Assembly: GCA_028285525.1 (NCBI GenBank)
Contig: JANQOZ010000102.1
Location: 21,888 to 85,887, forward strand
DNA from: Lysobacterales bacterium
GTDB taxonomy: Bacteria > Pseudomonadota > Gammaproteobacteria > Xanthomonadales > SZUA-38
Direction: 5' to 3'
DNA length: 64,000 nucleotides
Shown: positions 54,101 through 63,573 of the stretch, one piece after another
Layout: each line of letters starts with the position of its first letter
How positions within the stretch are numbered: the stretch's first letter is position 1
Translations under genes and position numbers: made by a program
The notes under the pieces: generated by a model
The model's input: the letters and a program-made list of their open reading frames with translations, nothing else
Told to the model about the DNA's origin: nothing
Databases searched by the model: none

Positions 54101-54195
54101 AGATGGAATCCACCGCCCCCGTAGAAGATGACTACGCCGCGGGCCAGTTTCTCAACGAGCCGGTCATCATTAACAGGGCCTACCGCATGCGGTAG
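51181..54195 (+). CDS. DPP-IV-type S9 serine peptidase fused to a cyclophilin-type PPIase domain
   Basis: 1004 aa. Signal peptide; beta-propeller N-domain; GITGVSGGGYM nucleophile elbow; DYGVHP and AGHEV. A low-complexity linker (SDDASAPVEPTEDSSGS). Then VVLDTSAGEIRIAVYPESAPKSAGSFL...FYRVV...IQGG...GTVSLGRG...FFITIG (cyclophilin). Confidence 0.8.
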   Translation: MRKPHASYWFWGLMLTAVQAVTAQDAADEAHPLLPAYERAAAVQAQAMDKWVLNQHVYPRWIDETSFWYNRETADGTEYVRVDAKKGKKAPAFNHKALARALEKQLDEDVDAADLPISALVLDASSATFTAFGRSWRYEKRRLTEITDGAIDSAWRISPDGKKAVFSRDHNLWLRDLKSGEEKALTSDGEMYYAYGVVPNATGRPALKPESVWSPDSRYLLTVQTDDRKVKSLPVIDFAPADGSVRPRVIDYRTALPGDEHITRFRMTLIDTETGKQTRIHYPDLAAVRMNDTPLGGNRAWWSDDSSSAYFVDILRGEQEARVVKVDRGSGATRVVFTETTETYLELGSNVYMPTSILPLPQSDEFIWYSEKSGWAHLYLHDADTGQQKRALTTGDWLVRDVLGVDAENRQLFISLAGRRPDVNPYYREIARVDLDTGALTVLSSGDDDRLVLSDGDFTLLLLTAFGMDPSLVSGLSPGGAYYVETRQRPDRPTTTVLMDAQGDEVMVVEQAAINTMPDGQRWPEPFSVTAADGSTDIRGVMFRPRDFDEDKRYPVIDYIYGGPQVAHVPKAAYSSGGVGFESAASLAELGFMVVIMDGRGTAERSRSFHETSHERIHTASNLEDHVAGIQQLAERFSYMDIERVGITGVSGGGYMTAHAMLKFPEFFKVGVSAAGNHDQRLFWHTWGERYQGLLDDDNYAEQANLTHAKNLQGKLLFIHGLLDYGVHPAGLFQLTQALMNANKTFDLVLMPQAGHEVPGYAMVRSWDYFVRHLAGQEPPAGFSAKSATDLIKERVMAMHAVAQSDDASAPVEPTEDSSGSTTLGKAVDVVLDTSAGEIRIAVYPESAPKSAGSFLDHLDQGLFDGAAFYRVVRKDNDNGSPIIEVIQGGVTDPTRALPPVEHETTEQTGLLHIEGTVSLGRGDPGTGSGAAFFITIGNQPSLDFGGMRNPDGLGFASFGKVTSGMGVVRKIQQMESTAPVEDDYAAGQFLNEPVIINRAYRMR

Positions 54196-54297
54196 GTCGT
54201 TGCATTCGCGGGCCAGCGCCTTGGCCCTGCCTATGCCTGATTCATGACATGCACGTCGGCAGGTCGAGTGCCGCGGCGAGATCGACGCGCTGGTCTT

Positions 54298-54816
54298 TCA
54301 GGCGTCGGGATCTGTAGTTTTGCTGAACCTGATCATCTGCATCCCCCGTCCGGTCAAGGATTGCACCTGTTCAACGGGCTCGCGTTCCGGGTGAGCAAAG
54401 AAGATCTCCTCGGTCATGCTGTTCCCCTCGATGGCATGACGGACAACCAACGTTCGCGGCCCGTATTGGAAAGCAGAGTAGATCACATCATCGAAGACCG
54501 AGAGTTCCAGCACGATGCCATTACGTTCATCCAGGACAAACCGCCCATCGTCCTTTCGGCACAAGCGATAGTCCTTGATCTGCCGCTCTTCACCGTTCTC
54601 GCGGTAGGTGGACCGCCAGATGAGGCAACCGTCATCAGCATCGCCACCGACGTTCACTTCAAGGGTCACTTCCACCTCAGGAGGGTCCGGGCGAAGCGGA
54701 AGGTTCTGCAATCGCCCGGTCCAGACACCATGCCACTGCGGAAGGATGGCGGCGTCGCCTTGGAGCCCCTCTTGAGCTGACGCTTTCCAGGAAAAGGCCA
54801 ACAGCGGAATCGCCAA
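54298..54816 (-). CDS. hypothetical protein
   Basis: 172-aa ORF with a TTG start and a weak, truncated-looking signal peptide. No family recognised. Confidence 0.45.
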   Translation of the reverse strand: MAIPLLAFSWKASAQEGLQGDAAILPQWHGVWTGRLQNLPLRPDPPEVEVTLEVNVGGDADDGCLIWRSTYRENGEERQIKDYRLCRKDDGRFVLDERNGIVLELSVFDDVIYSAFQYGPRTLVVRHAIEGNSMTEEIFFAHPEREPVEQVQSLTGRGMQMIRFSKTTDPDA

Positions 54817-54865
54817 CCAGCGGAACAGGCGATTCCTTTGATTCGCTTGTGGCTTAACCGTTCCC

Positions 54866-57838
54866 TTACAGATCCGGCATCGCGTGGGTGTAGCCTACGT
54901 AGAACGACCGTCCCGCAAAGCCCTGTCGACCCGACAGGCCATTGAGCGATCCCCGCACCAGGTCAGGAAACTCGTCGGTCAGGTTTCGCACGCCACCGTA
55001 AATTCTCGCGTTGTCGCTGAAACTGTAGCCAACCTGCACGTCATGATTGATGAAGCGGTCCACAAACGGATCGTCAATAAACTCAAAGGCGGTGTCGCGC
55101 TGGGCGTTGATCAGCGGCGGGCGCAGAGTCTCGGAGTTGTAGTTGACGCCCCAGTTGGCATCCCACTTGTCCCAGCGCCAGGTCAGGTCAAAATTTGCGA
55201 CCCATTCCGGCGCAGAATTACCCAGGAACGTATTGAACAATCCTCGCTCATCGGTCTGTCCAGGCAAGGGCGTGCGCTGCACGTCCAGCCGCTCCAGGCG
55301 CGTGGCGTTGAACGTCAGCGTGAAATCTCCGAAGGACTCAAACGGGAGCCGATAGATTCCGCCGAGCTCATAGCCGGACGTGCGAATCTCCGCGACGTTT
55401 ACCGCCACAATTTCCACAAAGTTCGCAAAGCCGGTGGTCGAGTCCCGCCCGATCAGGTCACAGAAGACGTTATCCAGAGAAGCTGAGTCGTAGCAGGAGT
55501 CAAAAATGGCCTGTTGACTGGGGCTCAGCACCGCGTCCTCGAGCTCAATATCGAAGTAGTCGACGCTCAGCGACAGGCCATCGATGAAGGTTGGCTGCCA
55601 GACCAGACCGATGGTTTCCGTATTGGCAGTCTCTTCGTCGAGATTCGGATTGCCCCCGGTAACGCCCGGAAAGAACGTTCCTAGCTGCGGCATGAAGGTA
55701 TCGGGATCCACGCCGATCGCAGACAGGTCGGCGGCGCAATTCTGGCGCCGGAACTCTGTACCTAAGTCGAGGTTGTCTACGTTGCAGGGGTCAAACTGCC
55801 CCAGGGAAGTGGAAATATTGCTCCTTTCCTGGAACAACTCCTGGACGTTAGGCGCCCGCACGGCTTCGGAGATCGTGCCGCGAAGGGTCAGTCCACCAAA
55901 GGTGTCGAAGGTAAAGCCGCCGCCCCAGGTCAAGGTGTTTCCAATGGTCGAGTAGTCGGACCAGCGCAAGGCCCCGTTGACGGTCAATCCTCTTACGAAG
56001 TCATTGGTGTCACCCAGCACCGGTGCCGAGAATTCACCGAACGCTTCGATCACATCGAAGTCACCGGCAAGGTTTTGGCCATTAAACTGTGCGATCACGC
56101 GGTCGGTTCCGGAAAGCGCGTCAAACCGGATGTCCGAACTCTCGTCGCGATACTCGCCACCCACGACAAACTCAACCGCTCCGCCGGGCAGCTCAAACCA
56201 CCCGCTGGTATCGGCGTTCAGGTAGCCCAGCAGCACCAGCTGCTCGTTTTCCGTTTCGTTGGTTGTCGGAATCCAGATCCAATCGATCGCGTCTGCGTTG
56301 ACCGAACTGTCCATGGTGAACGGATCAAACGGGATGCAGCCGCTTCCTGGCCCGGCCGTGAAGCTGACCGGCCCCAGCGATCGATCAAAAGAGGTCTGCA
56401 GGAAATCGCTGGGAAGCGAGTTAAAGCTCGCGGGGTCGATGTTGCTGCGGCAGACGATATTGCCGGTCGCCGGATCGACCACGCTATCGATGGCGGCGAT
56501 GTACCGATCATACATGCGGTTGTTTCGGACGCTGATGTCACGGTTCACTCTGCCGAAGTTCACCGACACGTCGTAGCTGAAACGATCGTTGAGCTGGCCT
56601 TCCGCTCCGGCAACAATGCGAAAGGTGGTCTTGTCGATACGCTGGTCGATCAACCCCGAGTCCAGGTCCCAGCGGTTAAAAAAGATCGGCCCGGGATACC
56701 CTGCCGCCTCTGCGGCATCAAGCACGGCCTGGGGAAGGAAAGCGTTGTCCCGAGCCGCCTGGCTGCCCACCGTCAGCGAGTGCTGCTGCAGCGAGCGTGC
56801 CTCGATATCGGAGAAATGCAGGTCGACGTAGGGCCGGAATCGATCGCTGAAGTCGTAGTGAGAAAGTACGGTGACGATGGCGCGCTCATTCTCCGGCCGG
56901 GCCCCGTGGCCAAACAGGATCCAGTTGGGAAGCCCATCACCTCCCAGCTGCCCGGTACCGGCAAAGCTGCCAACGGGAATACCGTTGTTGAAGGGCGTAC
57001 CGTCACCGTTGAAACCCGTAGAAAAGATATTGAAGGGGTCGAAGCGTGCGCCGCCGTTGGTGAAAAATGCCTCACGCGAACCCGCTTCAAGCACAAACCT
57101 TGGTGTCACCCCATTGGCCGTTCGGTTGTCGTAATTGTCGATTTGCTCGGCGATGCCGATGCTGGACTCGTCCCGGGCTGTGGCTGGCGTCAACGGACGT
57201 TCCCCGTAGAGGAGGTTAGCCGTGATGTTTCCTCGGCCATCAGCGAAGTTCCGGCCATAGGTCACCGAGTATTGCTGATCCCGAAAATCGCCATCCTGGG
57301 CGTCGCCGTATTGGGCCTCCAGCGCCAGTCCCTCAAAATTGTCCTTAAGAACAAAGTTGACCACGCCGGTAACCGCATCCGCACCGTAAATGGCTGATGC
57401 ACCACCGGTCAGCGAGTCAACCCGCTCAATGAGAGAAAGTGGAATCACGTTGGTATCAACAGCGGTTGTGCCGCTGAAGCCGCCGACAAACCGTCGCCCG
57501 TTCACCAACACCAGCGTTCGGTTGGTACCGAGGTTGCGCAGGTTCAGCTGATTCTCACCCTGGCTCTGCTCCGACTCACCGTCAGAACCCACCAGCGCGC
57601 CGACTTCGCGAACAATTTCCTGCACGCTGGTGTTGCCAATGTACTCCAGCGCCTGTTCATTCAGCGTTGTGACAGGATTGAGCGAATCCAGATTCTGCGA
57701 GCGAATCCGGGTTCCTGTGACAACCACCTCCTCAACAGCTGCACCTTCCTCGTCGGAAGCCTGAGCGAATAAAGGTTGATCGACTAAAAGAAAAAGCGCG
57801 CCTGGCAAAAGCGCCAGCGATTTGAATTGATTGCTCAT
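54866..57838 (-). CDS. TonB-dependent receptor
   Basis: Likely start is the ATG at 57838 (MSNQFKSLALLPGALFLLVDQPLFAQA). Plug motifs EEVVVTGTRIRSQ, NRTLVLVNGRR, GGASAIYGADAVTGVVNF. Long beta-barrel ending GRSFYVGYTHAMPDL. Confidence 0.88.
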   Translation of the reverse strand: MSNQFKSLALLPGALFLLVDQPLFAQASDEEGAAVEEVVVTGTRIRSQNLDSLNPVTTLNEQALEYIGNTSVQEIVREVGALVGSDGESEQSQGENQLNLRNLGTNRTLVLVNGRRFVGGFSGTTAVDTNVIPLSLIERVDSLTGGASAIYGADAVTGVVNFVLKDNFEGLALEAQYGDAQDGDFRDQQYSVTYGRNFADGRGNITANLLYGERPLTPATARDESSIGIAEQIDNYDNRTANGVTPRFVLEAGSREAFFTNGGARFDPFNIFSTGFNGDGTPFNNGIPVGSFAGTGQLGGDGLPNWILFGHGARPENERAIVTVLSHYDFSDRFRPYVDLHFSDIEARSLQQHSLTVGSQAARDNAFLPQAVLDAAEAAGYPGPIFFNRWDLDSGLIDQRIDKTTFRIVAGAEGQLNDRFSYDVSVNFGRVNRDISVRNNRMYDRYIAAIDSVVDPATGNIVCRSNIDPASFNSLPSDFLQTSFDRSLGPVSFTAGPGSGCIPFDPFTMDSSVNADAIDWIWIPTTNETENEQLVLLGYLNADTSGWFELPGGAVEFVVGGEYRDESSDIRFDALSGTDRVIAQFNGQNLAGDFDVIEAFGEFSAPVLGDTNDFVRGLTVNGALRWSDYSTIGNTLTWGGGFTFDTFGGLTLRGTISEAVRAPNVQELFQERSNISTSLGQFDPCNVDNLDLGTEFRRQNCAADLSAIGVDPDTFMPQLGTFFPGVTGGNPNLDEETANTETIGLVWQPTFIDGLSLSVDYFDIELEDAVLSPSQQAIFDSCYDSASLDNVFCDLIGRDSTTGFANFVEIVAVNVAEIRTSGYELGGIYRLPFESFGDFTLTFNATRLERLDVQRTPLPGQTDERGLFNTFLGNSAPEWVANFDLTWRWDKWDANWGVNYNSETLRPPLINAQRDTAFEFIDDPFVDRFINHDVQVGYSFSDNARIYGGVRNLTDEFPDLVRGSLNGLSGRQGFAGRSFYVGYTHAMPDL

Positions 57839-58158
57839 GTGTGTCCCCCATGGTCTGCGGCCGCTTGGTCGTACGCAGCCAGCTCCAGTGTAATCCAAAA
57901 GCGTCGCTGATCCACTTGCGGAAAATGACTAGGAGTCACGAGGGCTAATCGGGAGCCGTGAATCGAGCACGGTGAGTGGCTCCCCTGGGAAAGCTGGCGA
58001 AAAGGAAAGTCTGGCTCGTACAGAGTTCAGCGGTCGATGCGCAAACCCAGGGGCCTCGACCGAAAAGTTGTAGCCAACCGGAAAACCGTTTGCGAAATTC
58101 GGACCTAGCCCGGCACAGTCCGTATTCCCCGTTCAGCTTTCGGAATTGATCCGTCTGG

Positions 58159-61100
58159 CTAAGGCTCGAAGCCAGCGCGAAAAATCAGATCGTCCGCCCT
58201 CAGCTGAAACTCCAGGATCAGCGGCCTGGCCCCGTCTACCGTTACCGGCAGCGCAGACGCAAAAGAGCATTGCCCCGAAATTGGTGGCCCCGCGCGGCAT
58301 TCCACGTCCGGGAAGATCAGATCGATGAATCCCTGTGCGTTGTCGGTTGACACAAAGTAGTCACCTCGACTGAGCGGCACTGCAAAGCTCCCGCTTGAAT
58401 TCGTCGAGGTGCTTATGACCAGAGATTCGTCACGATCCCAGATATCAATTGCGACGCCTGACAGCGGCAAGTCATCAGACGCGTTTTCAACGGAGCCATT
58501 AATTCCGAGGCGTCTGAACAGCGGGATGGTCAGCTCTCTTGACTGACCGGGTGATACGGTCAGTAACTCACCTTGAAGCAAGTTACAGACATCATCCGGA
58601 CAGGCGACGTTCGGCCAAAGCACGGCCTCATAGCCAAGGGCAGTCGCTTTAATGTAGAAATCGCCGGGGGGAATCCGGATAGCAGCCGGCCCTGCTGAGT
58701 TGGAACCACCTCTCCGTATAACGCCTCCTGCCGGGTCCAGGACATCGACGGTGCCAATGAGTGCTTGCCCGGATCCGCCGTCCAGCAAATTGACCACAAC
58801 CGAAGGCAAAGGGCTTAGGGCAAAGTTGATATCCTCAATGGCCTCCTTATCGGTGATCACAAGCGGTGTCGTGGACTGCGGCCCACATGAAATCAGGAAG
58901 CCATCGATGCACGGAATATCATCAAACAGTTCATCGATATACTCGCGGGAGAGCTCGTTTGTTCTGGTAACGACGTAATAGTTGCCCGGTTCGAGTCCGT
59001 TAAACTCGTAATCGCCGGCGGTATTCGCTTGTGTTGAGACCAAAAGACCGCCGAGATCGTTCCAGAGCTCGACCCCTATGGACCTTAGCGCCGATCCATC
59101 AGTCGAGTCAGTGACAGACCCTCGAATGCGTCCGAAGGGGGTAAGCAAGGTGGTCCCGGTATCTGTTGTCGTACCGACAGAGACCTGGACGGTCTGCCCG
59201 GTTTGCGTATCACAGTCCACGGCGCCAGGACCCTCGCAGACCTCTCCACCAAGAAGCATGTCAACGTAGGATTCGGAACTGAATTTCAACTTGTACGTTC
59301 CCGACGCAAGGTCGTTCACCAGGAAACCACCGCCCCCGGAACTGCTCGTTTTTACAAGGTTGCCGTCCAGCGTGAAAACCTCAACCGTCACCTGTTTGGC
59401 CAGCACCAGCGTTTCGGCTTCCCGCAGCTCGCCAGCGATTCCCCCTAGCCTACGAAGGTCGAAATCCACATCCCGGATCGACTGGTCATTGACAACGATG
59501 GGCGATCCGCTGACAACGTCACACCCTGGATCACAGGGCAATCCACTCCATAGCGCTGTCTCAAACCCCGGAGCGGTAGCGGTGAGAAAGTAGGTCCCTG
59601 GCTGTACATCAAATACCTCGAAGGTGCCGTCGACGTTCGTGTCGATGCCAAGCGGCAATTGCTGGCCCGCAATGTCGTAAATCTCCAGCTGAGGACGGCG
59701 CACCTCCCGCGCAGTTGCGGCCTCGATCACTCTTCCCGAGATGGTTGGACTCGGCGAAAGGCTGAAGTTGATCCCGTCGATGGCGCCTTCTTCGTTCAGG
59801 TCGAACAGTTGACCCACGTCGTCCGCGCAGTCGTTACACGGCAAATCCGGGAACGCAAGGTCGACAAAACCGCGGGTTTCGGTGCGAACACGAAAGCGAC
59901 CGGGTGACGGAAGCACGTACGCCCATTCGCCGTCTTGATTTGCCTGCACGCCGACGCGCGACCCTGACTCAGAAATGAGCGTCACGCGCGCGCGATCAAT
60001 TCCCAGTCCCGTTTCAGCGCTGATAACACGGCCGCGAAGCACGCGTTTGGGGTTCATGGCGAAGTTGAGCTCTACCTGCTGCTGCGCTCCCAGACTGATA
60101 ACCTGACCCAGGGGCCCCTGGCAGTCCGCCGCGCAGTCAACTCCGTTGAAATACTGAATGAAATACCGATCCGCTGCGGCGAATAGTGGCACCACTCGCA
60201 CACGATAGTCGCCAGGCGCTGCGGGAAGGAAGTTCTCGACGTCACCGATCAACCTGAAGCTTTCTATGAGGTTACCTGCAACGTCGAGTATTTCTGCGTC
60301 CGCGGGTAGCGACGAACCAAGAACGGCATCGGCAGCAGTAACACCAAAGGAACTTTCGTTAGCGAGCTCAATCGCAATGGAAACCTCAGAATTGGGGCTG
60401 ATGCTGATGGGCGTTCCGGTGCGCGGGTCGCACCCACCCTGACAATCGAACCCGTCATAAAGCTCATCGATGTGGGTGAGGGTGTCGGTCGCAACGTAGT
60501 AGTCTCCCGGCAGGAGGTCACGGAAAACAAACTCGCCATTGGTCCTGAACTGGATGGCTTGCAGTGCGCCATCGCTGTCGAAGACCCGAACCGCTGCTGG
60601 AAAGGTGTCTCCTCCCGGATCGCTGACGCTGACGTTGAGCCGACCCAGACGCTGGATAGCTATCGGCGGGTTTTCGAACTCGCCGGTAGCCGGAACGTTG
60701 AAGGGCGTGCCGCTGCTGAAGTCGCACTGGGACTGAGGCAGACAAATTGTGTTCGGGAAAACCGTTTCGGGCTGTGAACCGCTGTTTGCGCTGGCGATGA
60801 GGAAAAACGGCCCGCCGATCGGCGGCCTGAGTTCATACAAACCATCAGAGTTAGAAGACGTCTGCGCCATGACTGCTCCCGAAACATCTCTGAAAAAGAC
60901 CTCAGCGAAAGCAGCATCCCCGCCCTGGGCCTCCTCCACAAAACCTCGATAGCGGGCCACAACCTGGAGCTCAAAATCTATGCCGGTGATCTGGGCGCCT
61001 GCCGCTACGGAGATTGGCGCAGCGCCTGCGATGTCATCGCAACTCACCGCACCAAAATCACACGGTTGATTCGGATAGATTTCCCCTCGGAGAAATTGGT

Positions 61101-62565
61101 GAAAACCGCTGGTTGTGGCGACAAGCCGATAGCTCCCAGGGGGCAGCCCGCTGAACCGATAATTCCCCGAAGAATTTGCGTTCTCGCTGCGAATTGCCGT
61201 CCCGCTGTCGGCGTACAAAGTGATCCTGGCGGAACGCGGAAGGCCGTCGGATCCGACCACCCTTCCCTCGACGGACGCTCCCAAAGGCGCCACCGCATCC
61301 AGGCCAAATTGCGCGGTCGCCAACGGAACAAAAACCGCCTGTCCCTGACTGAGGTCACAGGACGTCGAATCCGCCACGCAAATTGCGTCCGGAAAAAGAA
61401 ATGTTGGGGTTTGCGCACTGGAAATCGCGATGACGTAAGTCAGGTCAGGCAACGGCCCACTGGACCATGTCCCTTCCGCATCGGTCGTTGCAGACCAGAC
61501 CGACTGTCCCGTGGCTGTCGAGATAAACAAAACCTGGGCCCCTTCCACGGGAAAGCCAGTCACCGACTCCGTGAGTGTTCCGTTGAGCGAGCCAAACGAC
61601 GTCAGCGCAATATCAACATCGTTGCGAACCTCTTCGACCGCGATGGAGATCAGCGAGCCGGTGCTTTCACAGTTGGAGTCGCCAGATCGTTCGTCACAAC
61701 TCGCCGCGGCACCAAAATAGCGAGCCTTGTGGCCGTCAGCCGAAGCACGCACCCAAAAATCACCTGGACGCACGCCCTGGAGAACAAAATCCCCATTACT
61801 GTCGGTAAAAGTGCTGTTGGCACCTGCTTCAAAGGGCAACGTGATCGACGCGTTGCTCACAGGTAGCCCGGTGTTCGCGTCGGATATGTTCCCGCTGATG
61901 GTTGCAAAGCCCGGTAGCTCGAAGTTGATGTCGACAACCTCCTCGCCCTCAGCGACAAACACCGACGTGCCGTCGGACAGGACGCAACCCTGACCCAACC
62001 CTCCCGAGCACGGCACGCCGTCGTAAAGTGTTTCAACGCCCGAGTCCGAGACCGCCAGTAGCCGGTACTCTCCGGCAGTTACAGAGTCGAAGAGATAGCG
62101 ACCGGCGCCATCGACGGCCACGCTACCGAGAAAAGTCCCCTCCGGAAAGCTATAACGGAGCACCGCGGCGTCCGCCGCGCCCGCCCCATCTGATCGACGA
62201 AAGACTCGGCCGGCGATACTTCCAGTCGAGCCCTGATTGGCGAGGTCTGCTGGTGCTTCGAGAGGCTGCAGGTCGAGCAGCGTCAAGCGAAGCTCCTGCA
62301 TTTGATTGCGCTCAGCGCCAGAAAGGCCCTCGGACGAGGCAAACAGGATTCGCTCGAGCTGTGCGATGGCGCTGACTCGCCGGCTGTTAGCAAAGCTGGA
62401 ATCGGAGGCCGCGGCCTGCTCGGCGGTCAGCCTTATCGACTCGATAATTTCGGCGTAAGTTTTCTCAGCGGGTACTGCAGCATGTGCAACCGCGAAAAGC
62501 AGATAACAGGTCAGAATCAGACAGCCAGAAAACCAGTGCGCTGATCGGAAAAAAGGGGGCAGCAT
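58159..62565 (-). CDS. large secreted protein of tandem CarboxypepD_reg-like domains
   Basis: Likely start is the ATG at 62565 (MLPPFFRSAHWFSGCLILTCYLLFAVAHA). More than 12 repeats of the G.V......P...A.V........T...G.Y.F..L.PG.Y pattern. C-terminus LIFRAGFEP. Confidence 0.75.
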   Translation of the reverse strand: MLPPFFRSAHWFSGCLILTCYLLFAVAHAAVPAEKTYAEIIESIRLTAEQAAASDSSFANSRRVSAIAQLERILFASSEGLSGAERNQMQELRLTLLDLQPLEAPADLANQGSTGSIAGRVFRRSDGAGAADAAVLRYSFPEGTFLGSVAVDGAGRYLFDSVTAGEYRLLAVSDSGVETLYDGVPCSGGLGQGCVLSDGTSVFVAEGEEVVDINFELPGFATISGNISDANTGLPVSNASITLPFEAGANSTFTDSNGDFVLQGVRPGDFWVRASADGHKARYFGAAASCDERSGDSNCESTGSLISIAVEEVRNDVDIALTSFGSLNGTLTESVTGFPVEGAQVLFISTATGQSVWSATTDAEGTWSSGPLPDLTYVIAISSAQTPTFLFPDAICVADSTSCDLSQGQAVFVPLATAQFGLDAVAPLGASVEGRVVGSDGLPRSARITLYADSGTAIRSENANSSGNYRFSGLPPGSYRLVATTSGFHQFLRGEIYPNQPCDFGAVSCDDIAGAAPISVAAGAQITGIDFELQVVARYRGFVEEAQGGDAAFAEVFFRDVSGAVMAQTSSNSDGLYELRPPIGGPFFLIASANSGSQPETVFPNTICLPQSQCDFSSGTPFNVPATGEFENPPIAIQRLGRLNVSVSDPGGDTFPAAVRVFDSDGALQAIQFRTNGEFVFRDLLPGDYYVATDTLTHIDELYDGFDCQGGCDPRTGTPISISPNSEVSIAIELANESSFGVTAADAVLGSSLPADAEILDVAGNLIESFRLIGDVENFLPAAPGDYRVRVVPLFAAADRYFIQYFNGVDCAADCQGPLGQVISLGAQQQVELNFAMNPKRVLRGRVISAETGLGIDRARVTLISESGSRVGVQANQDGEWAYVLPSPGRFRVRTETRGFVDLAFPDLPCNDCADDVGQLFDLNEEGAIDGINFSLSPSPTISGRVIEAATAREVRRPQLEIYDIAGQQLPLGIDTNVDGTFEVFDVQPGTYFLTATAPGFETALWSGLPCDPGCDVVSGSPIVVNDQSIRDVDFDLRRLGGIAGELREAETLVLAKQVTVEVFTLDGNLVKTSSSGGGGFLVNDLASGTYKLKFSSESYVDMLLGGEVCEGPGAVDCDTQTGQTVQVSVGTTTDTGTTLLTPFGRIRGSVTDSTDGSALRSIGVELWNDLGGLLVSTQANTAGDYEFNGLEPGNYYVVTRTNELSREYIDELFDDIPCIDGFLISCGPQSTTPLVITDKEAIEDINFALSPLPSVVVNLLDGGSGQALIGTVDVLDPAGGVIRRGGSNSAGPAAIRIPPGDFYIKATALGYEAVLWPNVACPDDVCNLLQGELLTVSPGQSRELTIPLFRRLGINGSVENASDDLPLSGVAIDIWDRDESLVISTSTNSSGSFAVPLSRGDYFVSTDNAQGFIDLIFPDVECRAGPPISGQCSFASALPVTVDGARPLILEFQLRADDLIFRAGFEP

Positions 62566-62651
62566 TGCAGCTCCATTGCGGGCAAATATCCCTAGGCCAC
62601 AGTGTGTCTCATGTGAGGCCATCGAAGCAATGATCTTCCCGCTTCCCTTGG

Positions 62652-63500
62652 CTAAAAGACCACCGTTCTGACGCCGTTCATCTGGACTCGGTATTCCACG
62701 TGCGCGTGAACCGCTCGCGCGAGCACGCTGGCCTCCACTTCCCTGCCCATGGTGACCATCTCTACGGCGCTGGTGGCGTGAGACACGCGTCGGACGTCCT
62801 GCTCGATGATCGGGCCTTCATCCAGATCCGTGGTGACGTAGTGAGCTGTGGCGCCAATGATCTTGACCCCTCGGTCGTGGGCCTGGTGGTAGGGCTTCGC
62901 TCCTTTGAAGCTTGGGAGAAAGGAATGGTGGATATTGATGCAACGCCCGGACAACTGTTCACACAACCAGGGCGAAAGAATTTGCATGTATCTCGCCAGC
63001 ACGACCAGGTCGATCTCCCGCTCGTTGACCAGCTCTAGAATCTTCGTCTCCTGGCGCCGTTTGTTTTCTTTGTCCGCAGGAAAATGGAAGTACGGGATGC
63101 CATACCATTCGACGATGCCTCGATGGTCATCGTGGTTCGAAACAACCGCGGGGATATCCACGCGCAAGGTCCCTCGTTTCCATCGGTGCAGGAGATCCAG
63201 CAGGCAGTGATCCGGCTTGGAAACCGCCAGGAGGATGCGAGGGCGGTATGACAGGTCGTGGAGTTCCCACTCCAGCGCCAAATCGCTCGCCATTTCGTCC
63301 AGCTCACCTCTCAGCGAGACCACTTCCTCATCGCCCGGCACAATAACGTGCAGTCGGATGAAGAACGTCTTGGAACCATCATCTCCGAACGACACCGCGT
63401 CACGAATATCGCCGCCACGTTCGCTGACGGCTCGGGTAGCCCTCGTCAGAATCCCAGGCCGGTCGGGACACCTCATTAAAAGGATCAGTTCGACAGACAT
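62652..63500 (-). CDS. purU: formyltetrahydrofolate deformylase
   Basis: 282 aa. N-terminal ACT domain (LILLMRCPDRPGILTRATRAVSERGGDI). Formyltransferase motif CINIHHSFLPSFKGAKPYHQA. Confidence 0.88.
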   Translation of the reverse strand: MSVELILLMRCPDRPGILTRATRAVSERGGDIRDAVSFGDDGSKTFFIRLHVIVPGDEEVVSLRGELDEMASDLALEWELHDLSYRPRILLAVSKPDHCLLDLLHRWKRGTLRVDIPAVVSNHDDHRGIVEWYGIPYFHFPADKENKRRQETKILELVNEREIDLVVLARYMQILSPWLCEQLSGRCINIHHSFLPSFKGAKPYHQAHDRGVKIIGATAHYVTTDLDEGPIIEQDVRRVSHATSAVEMVTMGREVEASVLARAVHAHVEYRVQMNGVRTVVF

Positions 63501-63573
63501 GTTCGGGCTTCGATCGGTTGGAACGCGGAGCTCATTTTCAGTGTCCTTGAAGTACTTTGAGATGTTCTTGTGT

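Noticed and set aside
56075-57397. 440-aa plus-strand ORF.
   Set aside because: It is entirely antisense to the TonB-dependent receptor gene and has no motifs. It is a shadow ORF. The same applies to 52936-53580 and 52258-52884 (inside the DPP-IV fusion gene), 36214-37008 and 31982-32623 (inside the BNR genes), and 46712-47242 (inside the kinase gene).
57839-58158. Possible cobalamin riboswitch in the 320-nt leader of the TonB-dependent receptor.
   Set aside because: On the minus strand I can find GGGGAA, CGCAAACGGT, GAGCCAGAC and GCCACTC. However, the spacing is wrong, and the B12-box-like and GCCACTG-like elements are in reversed order relative to the consensus. This is not supportable without a covariance-model scan.
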